NCBI RefSeq assembly: GCF_963921235.1 | Contig: NC_086097.1 | Span: 70,806,001 to 70,870,000 of the forward strand | Direction of reading: 5' to 3' | DNA from: Mobula hypostoma | Lineage: Eukaryota | Length of the DNA: 64,000 nucleotides | Shown here: positions 1-13,149 of the stretch, in pieces | Layout of the letters: each line of letters begins with the position of its first letter | Numbering within the stretch: position 1 is the stretch's first letter | Made by a program: the position numbers and the translations under genes | Notes under the pieces: generated by a model | Told to the model about the DNA's origin: nothing | What the model saw: the letters and a program-made list of their open reading frames with translations, nothing else | Databases searched by the model: none

Positions 1-1184
1 AAATTGGAGGCAAAGTTAATAAAGTCAACGAGCTCTGCATGCGAGCAGGAAGCAGCGTCAATGCAGTCATCGATGTAGCGAAGGAAAAGTGGGGGACAGA
101 TACCAGAATAGGCACGGAACATAGATTGTTCCACAAAGCCAACAAAAAGGCAGGCATAGCTAGGTCCCATACGGGTGCCCATAGCTACACCTTTAGTTTG
201 GAGGAGGTGGGAGGAGCCAAAGGAGAAATTATTAAGAGTAAGGACTAATTCCGCTAGACGGAGCAGAGTGGTGGTAGAGGGGAACTGATTAGGTCTGGAA
301 TCCAAAAAGAAGCGTAGAGCTTTGAGACCTTCCTGATGGGGGATGGAAGTATATAGGGACTGGACATCCATGGTGAAAATAAAGCGGTGGGGGCCAGGGA
401 ACTTAAAATCATCGAAAAGTTTAAGAGCGTGAGAAGTGTCACGAACATAGGTAGGAAGGGATTGAACAAGGGGGGATAAAACCGTGTCGAGGTATGCAGA
501 AACGAGTTCGGTGGGGCAGGAGCAAGCTGAGACAATAGGTCGGCCAGGACAGGCAGGTTTGTGGATCTTGGGTAGGAGGTAGAAACGGGAAGTGCGAGGT
601 GTGGGAACTATAAAGTTGGTAGCAGTGGATGGGAGATCCCCTGAGCGGATAAAGTCGGTGATGGTGTGGGAGACAATGGCCTGGTGCTCCTTAGTGGGGT
701 CACGATCGAGGGGTAAATAAGAGGTGGTATCCGCGAGTTGTCACTGTGCCTCGGCAAGGTAGAGGTCAGTACGCTGGACTACAACAGCACCCCCCTTATC
801 GGCGGGTTTAATAATAAGGTTAGGATTAGTGCGGAGGGAGTGGAGAGCAGAGCGTTCCGAAGGAGTGAGGTTGGAATGGGGACAAGGTGCGGTGAAGTCG
901 AGACGGTTGTTGTCCCGTCGGCAGTTAGCAATAAAGAGATCCAGAGCAGGCAGAAGACCAGAGCAGGGTGTCCATGAAGAAGAGGAGGGTTGAAGACGGG
1001 AGAAGGGGTCATTGGTGGGGGTGGAAGAGTCCTTGTCGAAGAAGTAGGCTCGGAGACGGAGATGGCGGAAGAAAAGTTCCGCATCGTGGCGAACATGGAA
1101 CTCGCTGAGGTGTGGGCGAAGGGGGACAAAGGTGAGGCCCTTGCTGAGAACTGAGCGTTCTGCCTCCGACAGTTGAAGGTCGGT
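1..1184 (-). mobile_element. Penelope-like retroelement, reverse transcriptase region (runs off the window start)
   Basis: The minus strand reads LSEAERSVLSKGLTFVP...IKPADKGGAVVV...FYLLPKIHK..GRPIVS...MDVQSLYTSIP...GVAMG...RYIDD, which are PLE RT motifs. There is one in-frame TGA near 741-743. Confidence 0.92.
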
Positions 1185-2019
1185 AAAGTACTAAGGTTGC
1201 TGGGTGATCGGAATTTTTCTGTACTGCATTCAAGCTCCTTGGTCGACTGTTCTCTTAAGAGCCTTATATGCTCCCTTCCAAACTGTGGGAACCTTGCCCT
1301 ATGTCTGCATGTTGAAGTGAGAAGCATAACAGTTTCGAGGTCTATCCAGATTGGGAGCTGAAATTTACTCAGCAATGGCAAATTGAGCTGATGTTTATTG
1401 AAAATTACAACACTCCAGCTTATGCAGTAAATGAGCTCACTTACCACTGCATAACTGTCTATTTAATAACATACTCAGTTCAGTATGTTACTCCAGTGAT
1501 TTATTTCAGACTTTTAAGTGTTAATGATCAAAACTAATAGGAGCTATTAAAAAGCCTTCAGCACAACATAAATTTTCTGGGGCAGTAAATTTTGCTGTTG
1601 TCACACTTTGTGTCTTTCCTTCATATCTATACTAATGGCAAATAGAGCTGGTTTTTCTGGTTCTCCTTAAATTTCATTTGGTCATGATGACAAAACCTCC
1701 CCTCTCTTGTCATGAATGAAGTCTCTCAGATCAGATTTCAGTGGAGAACTGTAAATTACTTTGAGAACTAGAAATTTATTCCAAAAATGTATACATCTAC
1801 TTTAGTTTCACTGCAGCAGTGAAGGTTTTTTGTCAGTTCTGGATTTTTTTTTTGTTCTTGGTTAAATGGGAAAGCCTATCTTTCCCATTTACTGCATATG
1901 GAAGGAATGAGGGAAGGAGGCGCCACCGAACAATATGACCAAGGGTGACATCCTTCAGACAGTTCATGAAAGTACTTCTTTAACTTCTTTTTCTTTCAAA
2001 TGTGGTCCTGCTACTGCTG

Positions 2020-2800
2020 GAGCCTGTGATCTACATTTTGGTGACGTGTTTTCAGGCTGATTGAGCAACCTAACTCTTTGCTGGTTGCAAGGGAGTTCCG
2101 TGAGGTTTCTAGCGAAGTGTGTGGCCTGGTGGCCAGGAAGCTTGGAGGTGGGGTACGAGCACATGATTGACTCCACTTCTTGCCGACCTTGCCAATTAAA
2201 GTATCAAGGAAGATTGAAATCATCGAGGCGAGAGCGGAAGGTGAGCTCGCGTTCAGTGTGTCCATCAGCTGCTTGTTCGCTGTTGCTGGAGGAAGATGTC
2301 TACGCGTGACAGTTTTCTCTCCCTCTCACTTGCTGCTCCTGGAGGAAGATACCTACGTTCGAAAGGTCTCTCTCTCCCTCTCGCTCGATGCTGCCAGAAG
2401 ATGGTGCCAGAGTCCTGGGTCTTGGGCAAGGTTTAATCGACGCGGTTTGTGGATTGGATTCTGTGGTTCACGTTATGATGTGTTTCTGGTTACTGGTCAC
2501 TCCCTTTTTGCTGTTATTTAGATAGGGGAGGCCTGAAATTAGCGAACACCACAGTGCTAGATTGAACAGAACTGAGCTGAACTGAACGTGCCTGGACTGT
2601 TCGATGATTTGTGGTTTGGTGTTTTATATTCTGTGTCTTTTGTTCGTTTTTTTTTGCCATTTGCGCGATTTTTTCTTTTTTTGCATGTTGGGGGATTGAT
2701 GTTTTCCTTTGAATGGGTTCAATGGTTTTCTTTCTGTGTTTTGTGGCTGTCTGTGGGAAGACGAATCTCAGGATTATGTACTGCATAAATACTTTGGTAA
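2020..2800 (+). mobile_element. Non-autonomous element with a Rex1/Babar-like 3' tail
   Basis: Ends ...gaatctcaggattatgtactgcataaatactttggtaat, similar to the tails at 27915-27980, 47740-47803 and 52440-52507. The 5' boundary is approximate. Confidence 0.5.
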
Positions 2801-2960
2801 TGAGACCATAAGACCATGAGACATCGGAGCAGAATTAGACCATCTGGCCAATCGAGTCTGCTCCGCCTTCAATCATGGCTGATCCTTTTTCTCTATCTCC
2901 TCCTCAACCCCAGTTCCTGGCCTTTTCCCCGTATCCTTTGATGCCATGTCAGTTCAGGAA

Positions 2961-3269
2961 GTTCAGTTTTCATTTATTGTCATTTAGAAATGCATGCATT
3001 AAAAAATGATACAATGTTCCTCCAGAATGATACCACAAGAAAACACAGGACAAACCAAGACTAGAACTGACAAAACCACATAATTATAACATATAGTTAC
3101 AACAGTGTAAAGCAATACTATAATTTGATAAAGAGCAGACCATGGGCATGGTAAACTCATCATCCCACGCAGGCGACAGAAAGGAGGAACTCTCCCCGTC
3201 ATGAACCTCCAAGCACCGCCAACTCGCCGATGCAGCACCATTGGAAGCACCCGACCGCAGCGGACTCTG
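2961..3269 (-). mobile_element. 5'-truncated copy of the ~640 bp non-coding retroelement family
   Basis: Shares tttattgtcattt..atgcatgcattaa..aatgat..accacataattataacatat with 18465-19092 and 46110-46762. Confidence 0.8.
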
Positions 3270-3390
3270 ATAGGAGTTATTAAAAAGCCTTCAGCACAAC
3301 ATAAATTTTCTGGGGCAGTAAATTTTGCTGTTGTCACACTTTGTGCCATTCCTTCATATCTATACTAACGGCAAATAGAGCTGGTTTTTC
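3270..3390 (+). repeat. 121 bp direct copy of 1537-1657
   Basis: Direct alignment by eye gives 4 mismatches in 121 bp. Confidence 0.95.
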
Positions 3391-6300
3391 AAGAACCTAT
3401 CAATCTCTGACTTAAATACACCCAACGACTTGGCCTTCACAGCTGCATGTGGCAACTAACTCAACAAAGTCACCACTCTTTGGCTAAAGAAATTTCTGCG
3501 CACCTCTGCTTTGAAAGGGCGCCCCTCTATCCTGAGGCTGTGCCCTCTGTCCTAGACTCTCTCACCATAGGAAACATCCTTTTTCACATCAACTCTGTCT
3601 AGTTTCAACATTCGAAATGTTTCCATGAGATCCCCTCTCGTCCTCCTGAATTCCAGCAAGTACAGACCCAGAACCATCAAACGTTCCTCGTATGATAACC
3701 CTTTCATTCCTGGAATCTCCTTGTGAACCTCCTCTAGACCATGTTTACCAAGATGAGGAGCCCAAAACTGTTCACAATACTCAAGGTGAGACCTTACCAG
3801 TGCCTTATAAAGCCTCAGCATCACATCCTTGCTCTTGTATTCTAGACCTCTTGAAATGAATGCTAACATGGCATATGCCTTCCTCACCACTAACTCAACC
3901 TGCAAGCTAACCTTCAGGGTGTTCTGCGCAAGGACTCTCAAGTCCCTTTGTATCTCAGATTCTTAGATTTTTTTCCCCGTTTAGAAAATAGTCTGCACAT
4001 TTATTTCTAATACCAAAGTGCATGACCATGCATTTTCCAACGTTGTATTTCATTTGCCACTTTCTTTCCCATTTTCCTAATCTGTCTAAGTCCTTCTGCA
4101 TCCCACCTGTTTCCTCAACACTACCTGCCCCTCCACCAATCTTCATATCATCTGCAAACGTGGTAACAAAGCCATCTATTCCATCATCTAAATCATTGAT
4201 ATACAGCATAAAAAGAAGTGGTTCCAACACTGGCCCCTGCAGAACAGCACTAGTCACTGGCAGCCAACCAGAAAAAGATCGTTTAATTCCCACTTGCTGC
4301 CTCCTACCAATCAGCCAATGCTCTAACTATGTTCATAACTTTCCTGTAATACCATGGGCTCTTAACTTGTTAAGCAGCCTCATGTGTGGCACCTAGTTAA
4401 AGGCCTTCTGAAAGTCCAAATATACAACATCCACTGCATCCCCTTTATCGTACTTGTAATCTCCTCAAAGAATTCCAACACATTTGCCAGGCAGGATTTT
4501 CCCTGAAGGAAACCATGCTGACTTTGTATTATCTTGTCCTGTGTCACCAAGTATTCCATCACCTCATCCTTAACAATTTACTCCAACACCTTCCCAACCA
4601 CTGAGGTCAGGCTAACTGGTCTATAATTTCCTTTATGCTGCCTTCCTCCTTTCTTAAAGAGTTGAGTAACATTTGCAATGTTCCAGTCTTCTGGCACCAT
4701 GCCAGAGTCCAATGATTTTTTGAAAGATCATTTCTAATGCCACCACAATCTTTAACGCTACCTCTTTCAGAACCTTAGGGTGCAGTTCATCTGGTCTGGG
4801 TGACTTATGTACCTTTAGGTCTTTCAGCTTTTTGAGCACCTTCTCTCTTGTGATAGTAACTGCACGCACTTCTCTTCCTCCACACACTACAACATCTGGC
4901 ACACTGCTAGTGTCTTCCACAGTGAAGACTGATGCAAAATACACATTTAGTTCATCAGGCATCTCCTTGTCCCCTGTTATTATTTCTCCTGCCTCATTTT
5001 CTAGTGGTCATATTTCCACTTTCATTTCTCTTTTATTTTTAACATACTTGAAAAACTTTTACTATCCACCTTGATAATATTTTCTAGCTTGCTTTCATAT
5101 TTCATTTTTTCCCTTCTAATGATTTTTTTCATTGCTCTCTGTAGGTTTTTAAAATCTTCCCAATCCTCTATCTTCCCACTAATTTTTGCTTTGTTGTATG
5201 CCCTTTCTTTTGCTTTTACAGTAGCTTTGACTTCCCTTGTTAGCCACGGTTGTACTATTTTACCATTTGTGTATTTCTTCATTTTTGGAATACACATGTC
5301 CTGCACCTTCCTCATTTTTCCCAGAAACGCACATCATTGCTGCTCTACTGACATCCCTGCCAGTAGCTCCTTCCAATTTACCTTGGCCAACTTCTCTCTC
5401 ATATAACTGTAATTTCCCTTACTCCACTGAAATACTGCTACATCAGACTTTACTTTTCCCTATCAAATTTCAAGTTGAACACAATCATATTGTGATCACT
5501 GGTTCCTAAGGGTTCTTTTACCTTAAGCTCTCTAATCGCCTTCCAATTCATTACATAACACCCAATCCAGTATAGTTGATCCCCTAGTAGGCTCATGACA
5601 AACTGCTCTAAAAAGCCATCTCTTAGACATTCAACAAACTCACTCTCTTGAGATCCATTACCAACCTGATTTTCCCAATCGACCTGCATGTTAAAATCTC
5701 CCATGACTACCATAACATTGCCCTTTTGACTTGCCTTTTCTATTTCCTGTTGTAAACTGTGGTCCACCTCCCAGCCACTGTTGGGAGGCCTGTATATAAC
5801 TGCCATCAACGTCCTTTTACCCTTACCTGGGAATCTTAATATTTCAATAAGTCATCCACCTTATTTCTTATACTATGCGCATTTAGATACAACATGTTGA
5901 GTACCATATTTGCTATCCTCTCTGACTCTGCATCCCTAATGATTTGATACTCAAGCCTGTTTGCTGCAACTAAGTCCCATCGCCCGCCTACCCTTCCTGA
6001 CAATCTACTGCACGTTATCTTTATTTTTTTACCATCTGTCCTGTCCTGAGTCCCTTCACTCCTGTTGTCCCCCTCTCCACTGCCAAGTTAGTTTAAACCC
6101 TCTCCAACAGCTCTAACAAATCTGCCTACGAGAATATTGGTCCCCATCAGGTTCAGATGCAGCCTGTCACTTTTGAACAGGTCATACTTCCCCCAGAAGA
6201 GATCCCAATTATCGAAGAACCTGAAGTCCTGCCCCCTGTACTAGCTTCTCTGCCACACATTTATCTGCCAAATCATCCTGTGTCTACCCTCGCTGGCGCA

Positions 6301-7344
6301 TGGCACAGGCAGCAGTCCAGAAATTACTACCCGGGAGCTCTTGCTTCTCAGCTTTCTACCTAGCTCTCTAAATTCTTTGTTCAGGACCTCACTGCTTTTC
6401 CTTCCTATGTCATTAGTACCAATATGTACCAAAACATCTGGCTGCTCCTCCTCCCTCTTCAAAATGTTGTGAACGCGATCTGAGACATCCCTGACCCTGG
6501 CACCTTGGAGGCAACATACCATCCAGCTGCCCCGTTCACGTCCGCAGAATCTTCTGTCTGATCCCCTCACTATCGAATCCCCTATCATTACCTCTCTCTT
6601 CTCTCTCTCTCTTTCCCTTCTGCACCATGGACCCATGCTCAGTGCCTGTAACCCAGTCGGTGTGGCGTTCTCCCGGGAGGTCATCCCCCACAAAAGTATT
6701 CAAAGCGGTATACTTGTTTTTGAGGGGAGTGGCCACAGGGGTGCTCTGCTCTAACTGTCTACTTTGAATAAGTGTACTTTGAATCTCTGAATCTTGAAGC
6801 TGATGCACTTGGCTGAATTGATCCCTGGTACCTTCCCCACTTTGAAAAAGTTGCTCAAATTGAATATGCATTGTGGCAGGGAATAAGGTGATCCTTTATA
6901 TATTTATGTAGTTGCTAATAAAGACACACAGATTCTGTGTATTATCCTGCCAAGTAGGAAAAACATTATTCAATTGGGAAAGAGCTCTGGGTATTGCTGT
7001 CATGACAACTGCACTGTAACACTGATTTGCTGTCATGGTGACCTTGATGCTCTCTTCATTATTCTGACATGCAGGTGACTTGACCTGACTGGTAGTGTGA
7101 AGCGAGACTTATGATAAGTTTCATGACATATAAGGAAATAGCAGTAATCTGTCATAGGTTTATTTAAAAAAATAGGTGGCAAATTATAAATTGAATCTGC
7201 TGTTTGCTATTTTGTTAGTACAGTGCAATAATACATAGATCACTGACTGATAAGCATCTGCAGCACATGAAGATCTTTAAGCTGGAGAATGCTATTGAAT
7301 TCTATTCAAAATAGAAAAAAATGCTTGCACTGAATTGACTTTCA

Positions 7345-8032
7345 AATTTCAAAATTTGAAAGTTCAAAGAAAATTTATTATCAAAGAACATACAGTATAC
7401 ATCACCATATATACCCTGAGATTCATCTACTTGCAGGCAAACACAATGCAAGAAACACTATGGAATCAGTGAAGGACTGCTCCCAGCAGGAAGGACAAAC
7501 AATCAATGTGCAACAGACAACAAATTTGCACAAATTGTGCAAATACAAAAAGAAAATAAAATGATAATAATCTATAAATTAGCAATAAATATCAAAAACA
7601 TGAGATGAAGAGTCATTGAAGAGAGTTGAAAGGCTGTGGGAACAGTTCAGTGATGGGGTGAGTGAAGTTAACCCCTCTGGTTCAGGAACTTGATGGTTGA
7701 AGGGAATAACTATTCCTGAACCTGGTGATATGGGTCCTGAGGCTCCTGCCCCTTCTTCTTGATGACAGCACCAAGAAGAGAGCATGGTCTGGAGTAAGAA
7801 TCCTTGATGATGGGCCTGCGACAGCTTTCCATGTAGATGTGCTCAATGGTGGGGATGGCTTTACTTGTGATGGACTGGGCTGTATCCAGTAATTTTTGTT
7901 GGTATTTCCATTCAAGGACATTGGTGTTTCTATACCGGGCCATGATGCAACCAGCCAATATACTCTCCACCACATGCCTATGGAAGTTTGTCAAAGTTTT
8001 AGATGATATGCTGAATCTTTGCAAGCTCTTAA
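7345..8032 (-). mobile_element. Rex1/Babar-type LINE 3' fragment (DUF1891-like region plus 3' UTR)
   Basis: SKTLTNFHRHVVESILAGCI..Y.N motif and a tttgataataaattt..ttgaactt tail. Confidence 0.8.
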
Positions 8033-8169
8033 TAGAAGTCGTTAAGCTACTATGTAATACAATTTCCCTCACTTTTTTCAGCAATTTATTGTTGATGTTT
8101 TTGACGTCACTTTTTAGCTATATGTAGGCTAGGCATACTCATTTTATTTCTCTTATCTTTAATAGTGTA

Positions 8170-8450
8170 AAGAAGGCTATTCAGCCATTTGAATCCATGT
8201 CAGCTTCCAGAACAATCCCACTAGTCCTGTTCCCTATTTTCACATGCCCATTAACTCTTGACACTCACCTAACATTAGGGGCAACTAACAGTGGCCTTTT
8301 AATCTACCAGAATGCCTTTGGGGTAAGGGAAGAAAAAAGGCCTTCAGAGGGAGACTTGTATGGTAACAGGGAGAGACTGCAAACTCCACATAGACAGCAT
8401 TGAACCTGGCTGCTGAAGCTAAGTAGCAGCCCTGGCTGCAGTATCACTAC
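8170..8450 (-). mobile_element. Degenerate HE1/V-SINE-like SINE
   Basis: Resembles 15995-16280 (gggaga..tgcaaactccacatagacagca..tgaacc). Confidence 0.5.
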
Positions 8451-10486
8451 ACCACCTTTTCCAAAGAGGAAGACAGAATTACAAAAGAAATGCCAGAAAT
8501 TTCAGTCAGGTGACCTCGTCCTCTTTGCCCTGTATTACTGAAGAAGAACATCATTTTACGTGCTATATTTTACCAAAAACTTTGCCAAATTTATGGACTG
8601 TGATGTTGTTCAAGTGCCCATGTTTAAGCATGCATGTATAGAGAGAGCAAAATTTGAGAAATTGTAAAAAAAAATTAACAAACCCTACTAGAGAATGTGA
8701 ATTCCAGGCCTAGTTTTAGAGAATGAAGTCAGGTACGTGGAATGGCATCATGGGGACTGTTTTGGTGGTAGAGATCACAGTTTAAATCGATAGAGCAAAG
8801 TATGTAAAAGACTGAGATCAGCAGCCCACTGTTGGGGTAAGATATGAATAAGCAAAGGTGGACTGGAGGCATTTCATTGAAAATAAATTGACGCCATGGC
8901 ATTGTCAGCTGTAGCTTTTGAATTTGGTCATGAATTTCAAAACTGAGGTTGGATTGCTGAAATGGCAATATTTGCTTTCGCGATCACTGAAGATAGCGAG
9001 CAGCTTGCCATCAATTTCCATAACTATGGTCTTGGATCTGCTGTGAGTTGCTAGATTTTAACTTGTAGCAATAGATTGAACAATGTTGAGACACATTTTT
9101 ACAAACATAATTAGTTGCTAATTAGTGATTAATTTGGGCATTGGGAACCTGCCGAACTGTGTGCATTGAAGTGCTGTCAGTGAACCACATTGTCTGCTCT
9201 TGCTCTGAACTTATGTGGAGGGACAAATACATCTGACTTAGCTGGCTATCAGTCCTCAACAAAGCTTTACATACACTTTCTCTGCTATGGCTTGTTTGCC
9301 TCAGCAAAACCATAAAAGAGGCATTGGAATAATGGAGAATATTCAAAAGGGTGATAACAAGGATTCAGATCAAATATCTTCCTACTCAGAAAAAGGGCAG
9401 GGCAACCTAATATAGATATACCTACATCTTACTTCACCTTATGGACATTAAGAAGCACATAGAGCAGGATAATATAAAAAAAAGGAAGCTGTGTTAGATA
9501 CATTACTGCATATGCATAGAACTGGAGAGGTTTACAAAATGCAGGTGTAAGATTGAAGGGGAGATTAGTAAATTAAGTGCATAGAAATGATCAGAAGTAA
9601 AGTCAATGAAAATCCAAAGGTGTTGATGGATATACAGGAAGAGGATAAAAAAATAAAAATATGAGTGCCTGTTAATGACTGGGAGTAACTGGTGTTCAGG
9701 GGCAGTCATTGCACCTGTTTCTAAATGAATACGTTGGATATAGCTTCAAAAAGTAAGTAAATTGTTAGGTCACTAAGTTGTATCCTAAGCTGTCAGTTGA
9801 AGTAGGGAAAAAAAGCAGTAGAGACTCCAGCTAACTTATTTCAATCCTCTATAGTTTCAGGCAGAGGTCTGGAAGACTGCCAATGTGGCACCATTGTTTT
9901 GAGAAGATGGATTCAACAACTGCAGGTGGTTGAGTAGAACATTGACAGTCATCATATTACTGGGAAAGTGTTTTGTGGACAGTGTAAATTGGCATTAAGA
10001 AAGGCACAGATTAACAAGGATAATTGGTTGTGAGTTAATGGAAGATTGTGTCTGAGAAACAACTGAATTTTAGAGGAGATAATGAGAAGAATCTATAAGG
10101 TTAACCTGAATTTCAAAGTTTTCCATGTGGATTTTAGCAATACATTTGACAAAATTGCAAATGACAGGGTGATTGGAAGAGTAAAATCCCTGTATAACTG
10201 GTGCATTAGGGGTCAGAAATCGAAACAAAGGAATACCAGTTTAATGAAGCCTGAGTTGTTTGGTGAAACAAAGGGGATGCATATTTTAGGATTGCTGTAA
10301 GTAATAGGAAGGAACTAAGAGTGGTAAAAAGCACATAAAAGATATATTCCATTATTAATGAAGTGTTGAGATTAAGAGTTGTGTAAGGACTCTAGATAAC
10401 ATTATAACACACTGGTCTATATAATACTAAAGGAGGTTACTGGGTTACAGAAGACCTGACACATGAAAATCTGACTTCATGCAAAG

Positions 10487-10665
10487 TTTCCCAGACTCTG
10501 CCTTCAGGTATGGTTCTCTAATTCTCCCAGACTCTGCTCTCAGGTATGGTTCTCTAATTCTCCTAGACTCTGCCTTCAGGTATGGTTCTCTAATTCTCCC
10601 AGACTCTGCCCTCAGATATGGTTCTCTAATTCTCCCAGACTCTGCTCTCAGCTGTGGTTCTCTAA
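10487..10665. repeat. Minisatellite, 36 bp unit, 5 copies
   Basis: Unit ttctcccagactctgc(ct/tc)tcaggtatggttctctaa. It explains the 12-aa periodic ORFs on both strands. Confidence 0.95.
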
Positions 10666-12386
10666 ACCAGGATATAAAGCAGGGATCACCCAGATATAAT
10701 AAAATGCCCTTTCCAAACTCTTCTTCAGGTAATATCAAATGTTACATACCCTAAATCACTTTTTGATAGCGCACACTTTGTTATTAAACGGCCGATAGTT
10801 TTCATGCTGATGAACAGACAGCTCCTCTTCATTTCTACCATCCCCAACCCCTTGCCTTCACTCCACACCTGGGCTGCATTCAGATAAGCATTTGTCAGTT
10901 CATGTGATGGTAACATTTCCTGTTATGATGATGCCAAAACATGGAACATGCCTTTGTTGCTTTAGTCAGCAACTCAGTTAGTAACATTTAGTTAGGTATC
11001 CATCACAGCTATATTCGCACTTGCTGAACATTGATAACAAAGGTAGTTCAAAATCCAGTGCTGACCTTCTACTGTTCGTAAATTAATCCTTACCAGCTGT
11101 TGAGGCTAAAGATTTTATTATTTTTCATTTCCAACTTAGAGAAAATTCAATTAATCTCAGGAATGGAACTTGCAGCAGGTACAGAGGCTACACGGGGGGG
11201 GGGGGGGGTTCTGCAGGACTTCAATGATTTCTGCCTCAGACTTGAGGTAGAAATCTTGATCAAAAACTTTCAGGTCATCTAAAAACTGTAGAAGAAAACT
11301 ACATGGCTGGAGGATAAGATCTTGAAAACATCTGACTAAAAACTTAAATTGGGACTGATTTATTCTTATCACCTTGATCTAAATAACCTCCCATCAACCA
11401 ATTACTTGAAACTATGCTTTGGTTTTGACAGCCTTTTTTTCTCAAGTGAGGACATACCTGTGATGAATACTTAGAGAGACTAAATGTTAAATTGAGTTGC
11501 TGAATAAAGCAGCAAAGCTGTGTTTCATGTTTTGGTATCATTATTTCTTCCCCACTTGCATCAATCTCCATTCGTCAACACTTTTCTGCTGTCAGCAATT
11601 TCTCTTGAGGCTGGTGAGAAAATCTCCATGTATGACATTGAATTACTGTATGCAGCTCAATTTTACCACTCAATAGCAGCCTGACTGCCGTGCACATTTC
11701 AAGACTGCTTCTGCTCAATGCAATTGAGTACACTCCCAACACTACATGGCTTGACTGCAGCATAATTGAGGCGTAAGGAAAGCATATTATCGGTAATAGG
11801 TCAATGTTAGTTTTTATTCCCCTGGCATGAGACTAAAATGTTTCAGCAGGTCATGGCTGTAGGCAAGTAAGTGTCAGATACTGGGTGAAAATAAATCCAT
11901 GTTTCAAGCCGTATGACTTAGTTTAGTGCAGTGCTGCACATTGATTATAAATGGATGAATGAATACTTAATATTATCTGTTTATGTCAAGCCTCAGAGCT
12001 ACAATTTCACACCAGCTCTGAGAAGTAGATTTTGTACAATGGCTCTAATCTTAAGAACAGTGTGAAACCCCATTTTTAAGAAACCACTCTTGACAGCAAC
12101 AAATGGCACCACATGGTCTGGTTTTACACTGCAGCTGCCATACTTCTTGCGATGTTTATTTCAAACTGGACAGCAAAAAAATCAGATATTACCAGAAAAC
12201 AAAATTATAGTGTTTTGCATGCAGTACACAAATGGTTGTGATAAATTCACGGCATTTGATATATTCTGATGCCACCCCATTCAAACTTAAGTGGCCGTTA
12301 AACTTACTGAATCACAATGGTTTACGAAGGAGTTTCTGGGAGTGGTGCTTTGTGCTCTTTTGAATTCTTCTCAAATTGGTAAAATA

Positions 12387-12876
12387 CACCTTATATTCCG
12401 TCTGAGTAGCCTCCAACCTGGTGGCGTGAACATTGACTTCTCTAACTTCGGTTAATGCCCCTCCACCCCTTCGTACCCCATCCCTGATTTATTTATTTAT
12501 TCATTCATTCATTCCCCCCCCCATTTCTTCGCCCTCTTTTTTTTCTCCCTCTGTCCCTCTCACTATAACTCTTTGCCCGCTCTCCGGGCTCCCCTCCCCG
12601 CTTCTTTCTCCATAGGCTTCCCGTCCCATGATCCTCTCCCTCCTCCAGCCTTGTATCCCTTTTGCCAATCAACTTTCCAGCTCTTAGCTCCATCCCTCCC
12701 CCTCCTGTCTTTTCCTACCATTTCAGATCTCCCCCTCCTCCTCCCACTTTCAAAACTCTTACTATCTCTTCTTTCAGTTAGTCCTGACGAAGGGTTTCGG
12801 CCTGAAACGTCGACTGTATCTCTTCCTATAGATGCTGCCTGGCCTGCTGCGTTCACCAGCATTTTTGTGTGTGTTG
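12387..12876 (+). mobile_element. Penelope-like element 3' end (end of GIY-YIG ORF, pyrimidine-rich UTR, hammerhead motif)
   Basis: HLIFRLSSLQPGGVNIDFSNFG* is followed by a C/T-rich tract and gtcCTGACGA..GAAAcgtcgac. Confidence 0.88.
12779..12816 (+). ncRNA. Minimal type I hammerhead ribozyme motif (PLE-associated)
   Basis: agtc-CTGACGA(12784-12790)-agggtttcggcct-GAAA(12804-12807)-CG-TC-gact. Stem I is agtc/gact, there is a stem II hairpin, and the GUC cleavage triplet ends at 12811. Confidence 0.75.
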
Positions 12877-13029
12877 TCAGAATACATATCACAGCTTGAC
12901 CCTACTCAGCAGCTAGGTCACAAATTAGGGTTGGTTCATAGAACTTTCAGCCAAACATCAAATTCTTAGTGAAGAGTCTCAGAAATTCTTACCATATCTC
13001 AAATAGAACATATAATATATCCCTAAAGC

Positions 13030-13149
13030 AATGTACACAAAATGCTGGAGGAACTCAGCTGGTCAGGCAGCATTCTGACCTGCCGAATTCCTCCAACATT
13101 TTGAATATGTTGTTTTGGATTTCCAGCATCTGCAGAATTTCTCTTGTTT
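13030..13149. mobile_element. Miniature fold-back Penelope-terminus derivative with 15 bp TSD
   Basis: aaaatgctggaggaactcagctggtcag is followed by its inverse ctgacctgccgaattcctccaacatttt. It is flanked by atatatccctaaagc at 13015-13029 and 13150-13164. Confidence 0.8.

Larger units (their letters stand above)
2802..6760 (-). mobile_element. CR1-clade LINE, near full length but degenerate (SGNH esterase ORF1, endonuclease/RT ORF2)
   Basis: ORF1 has IGDSIVRG..HIGTNDIG..VVISGLLPVP. ORF2 has IYRPPNS, MGDFN, LGTSDHN, QHGF..GKSCL, QGPVL..LFMLYINDLD, FADD and LYKALVRSHLEYCEQFWAP. There is a (tcttatgg)-type 3' tail at ~2802-2820. The 3' part is interrupted at 2961-3390. Confidence 0.93.

Noticed and set aside
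779..1447. 222-aa minus-strand ORF
   Set aside because: It is an alternative frame over the Penelope RT plus flanking DNA. The RT motifs lie in another frame.
10445..10754. Periodic ORFs or a CRISPR-like array
   Set aside because: These are head-to-tail 36 bp units with no unique spacers, in a eukaryotic intron with no cas genes. The ORFs are a by-product of a unit length divisible by 3.
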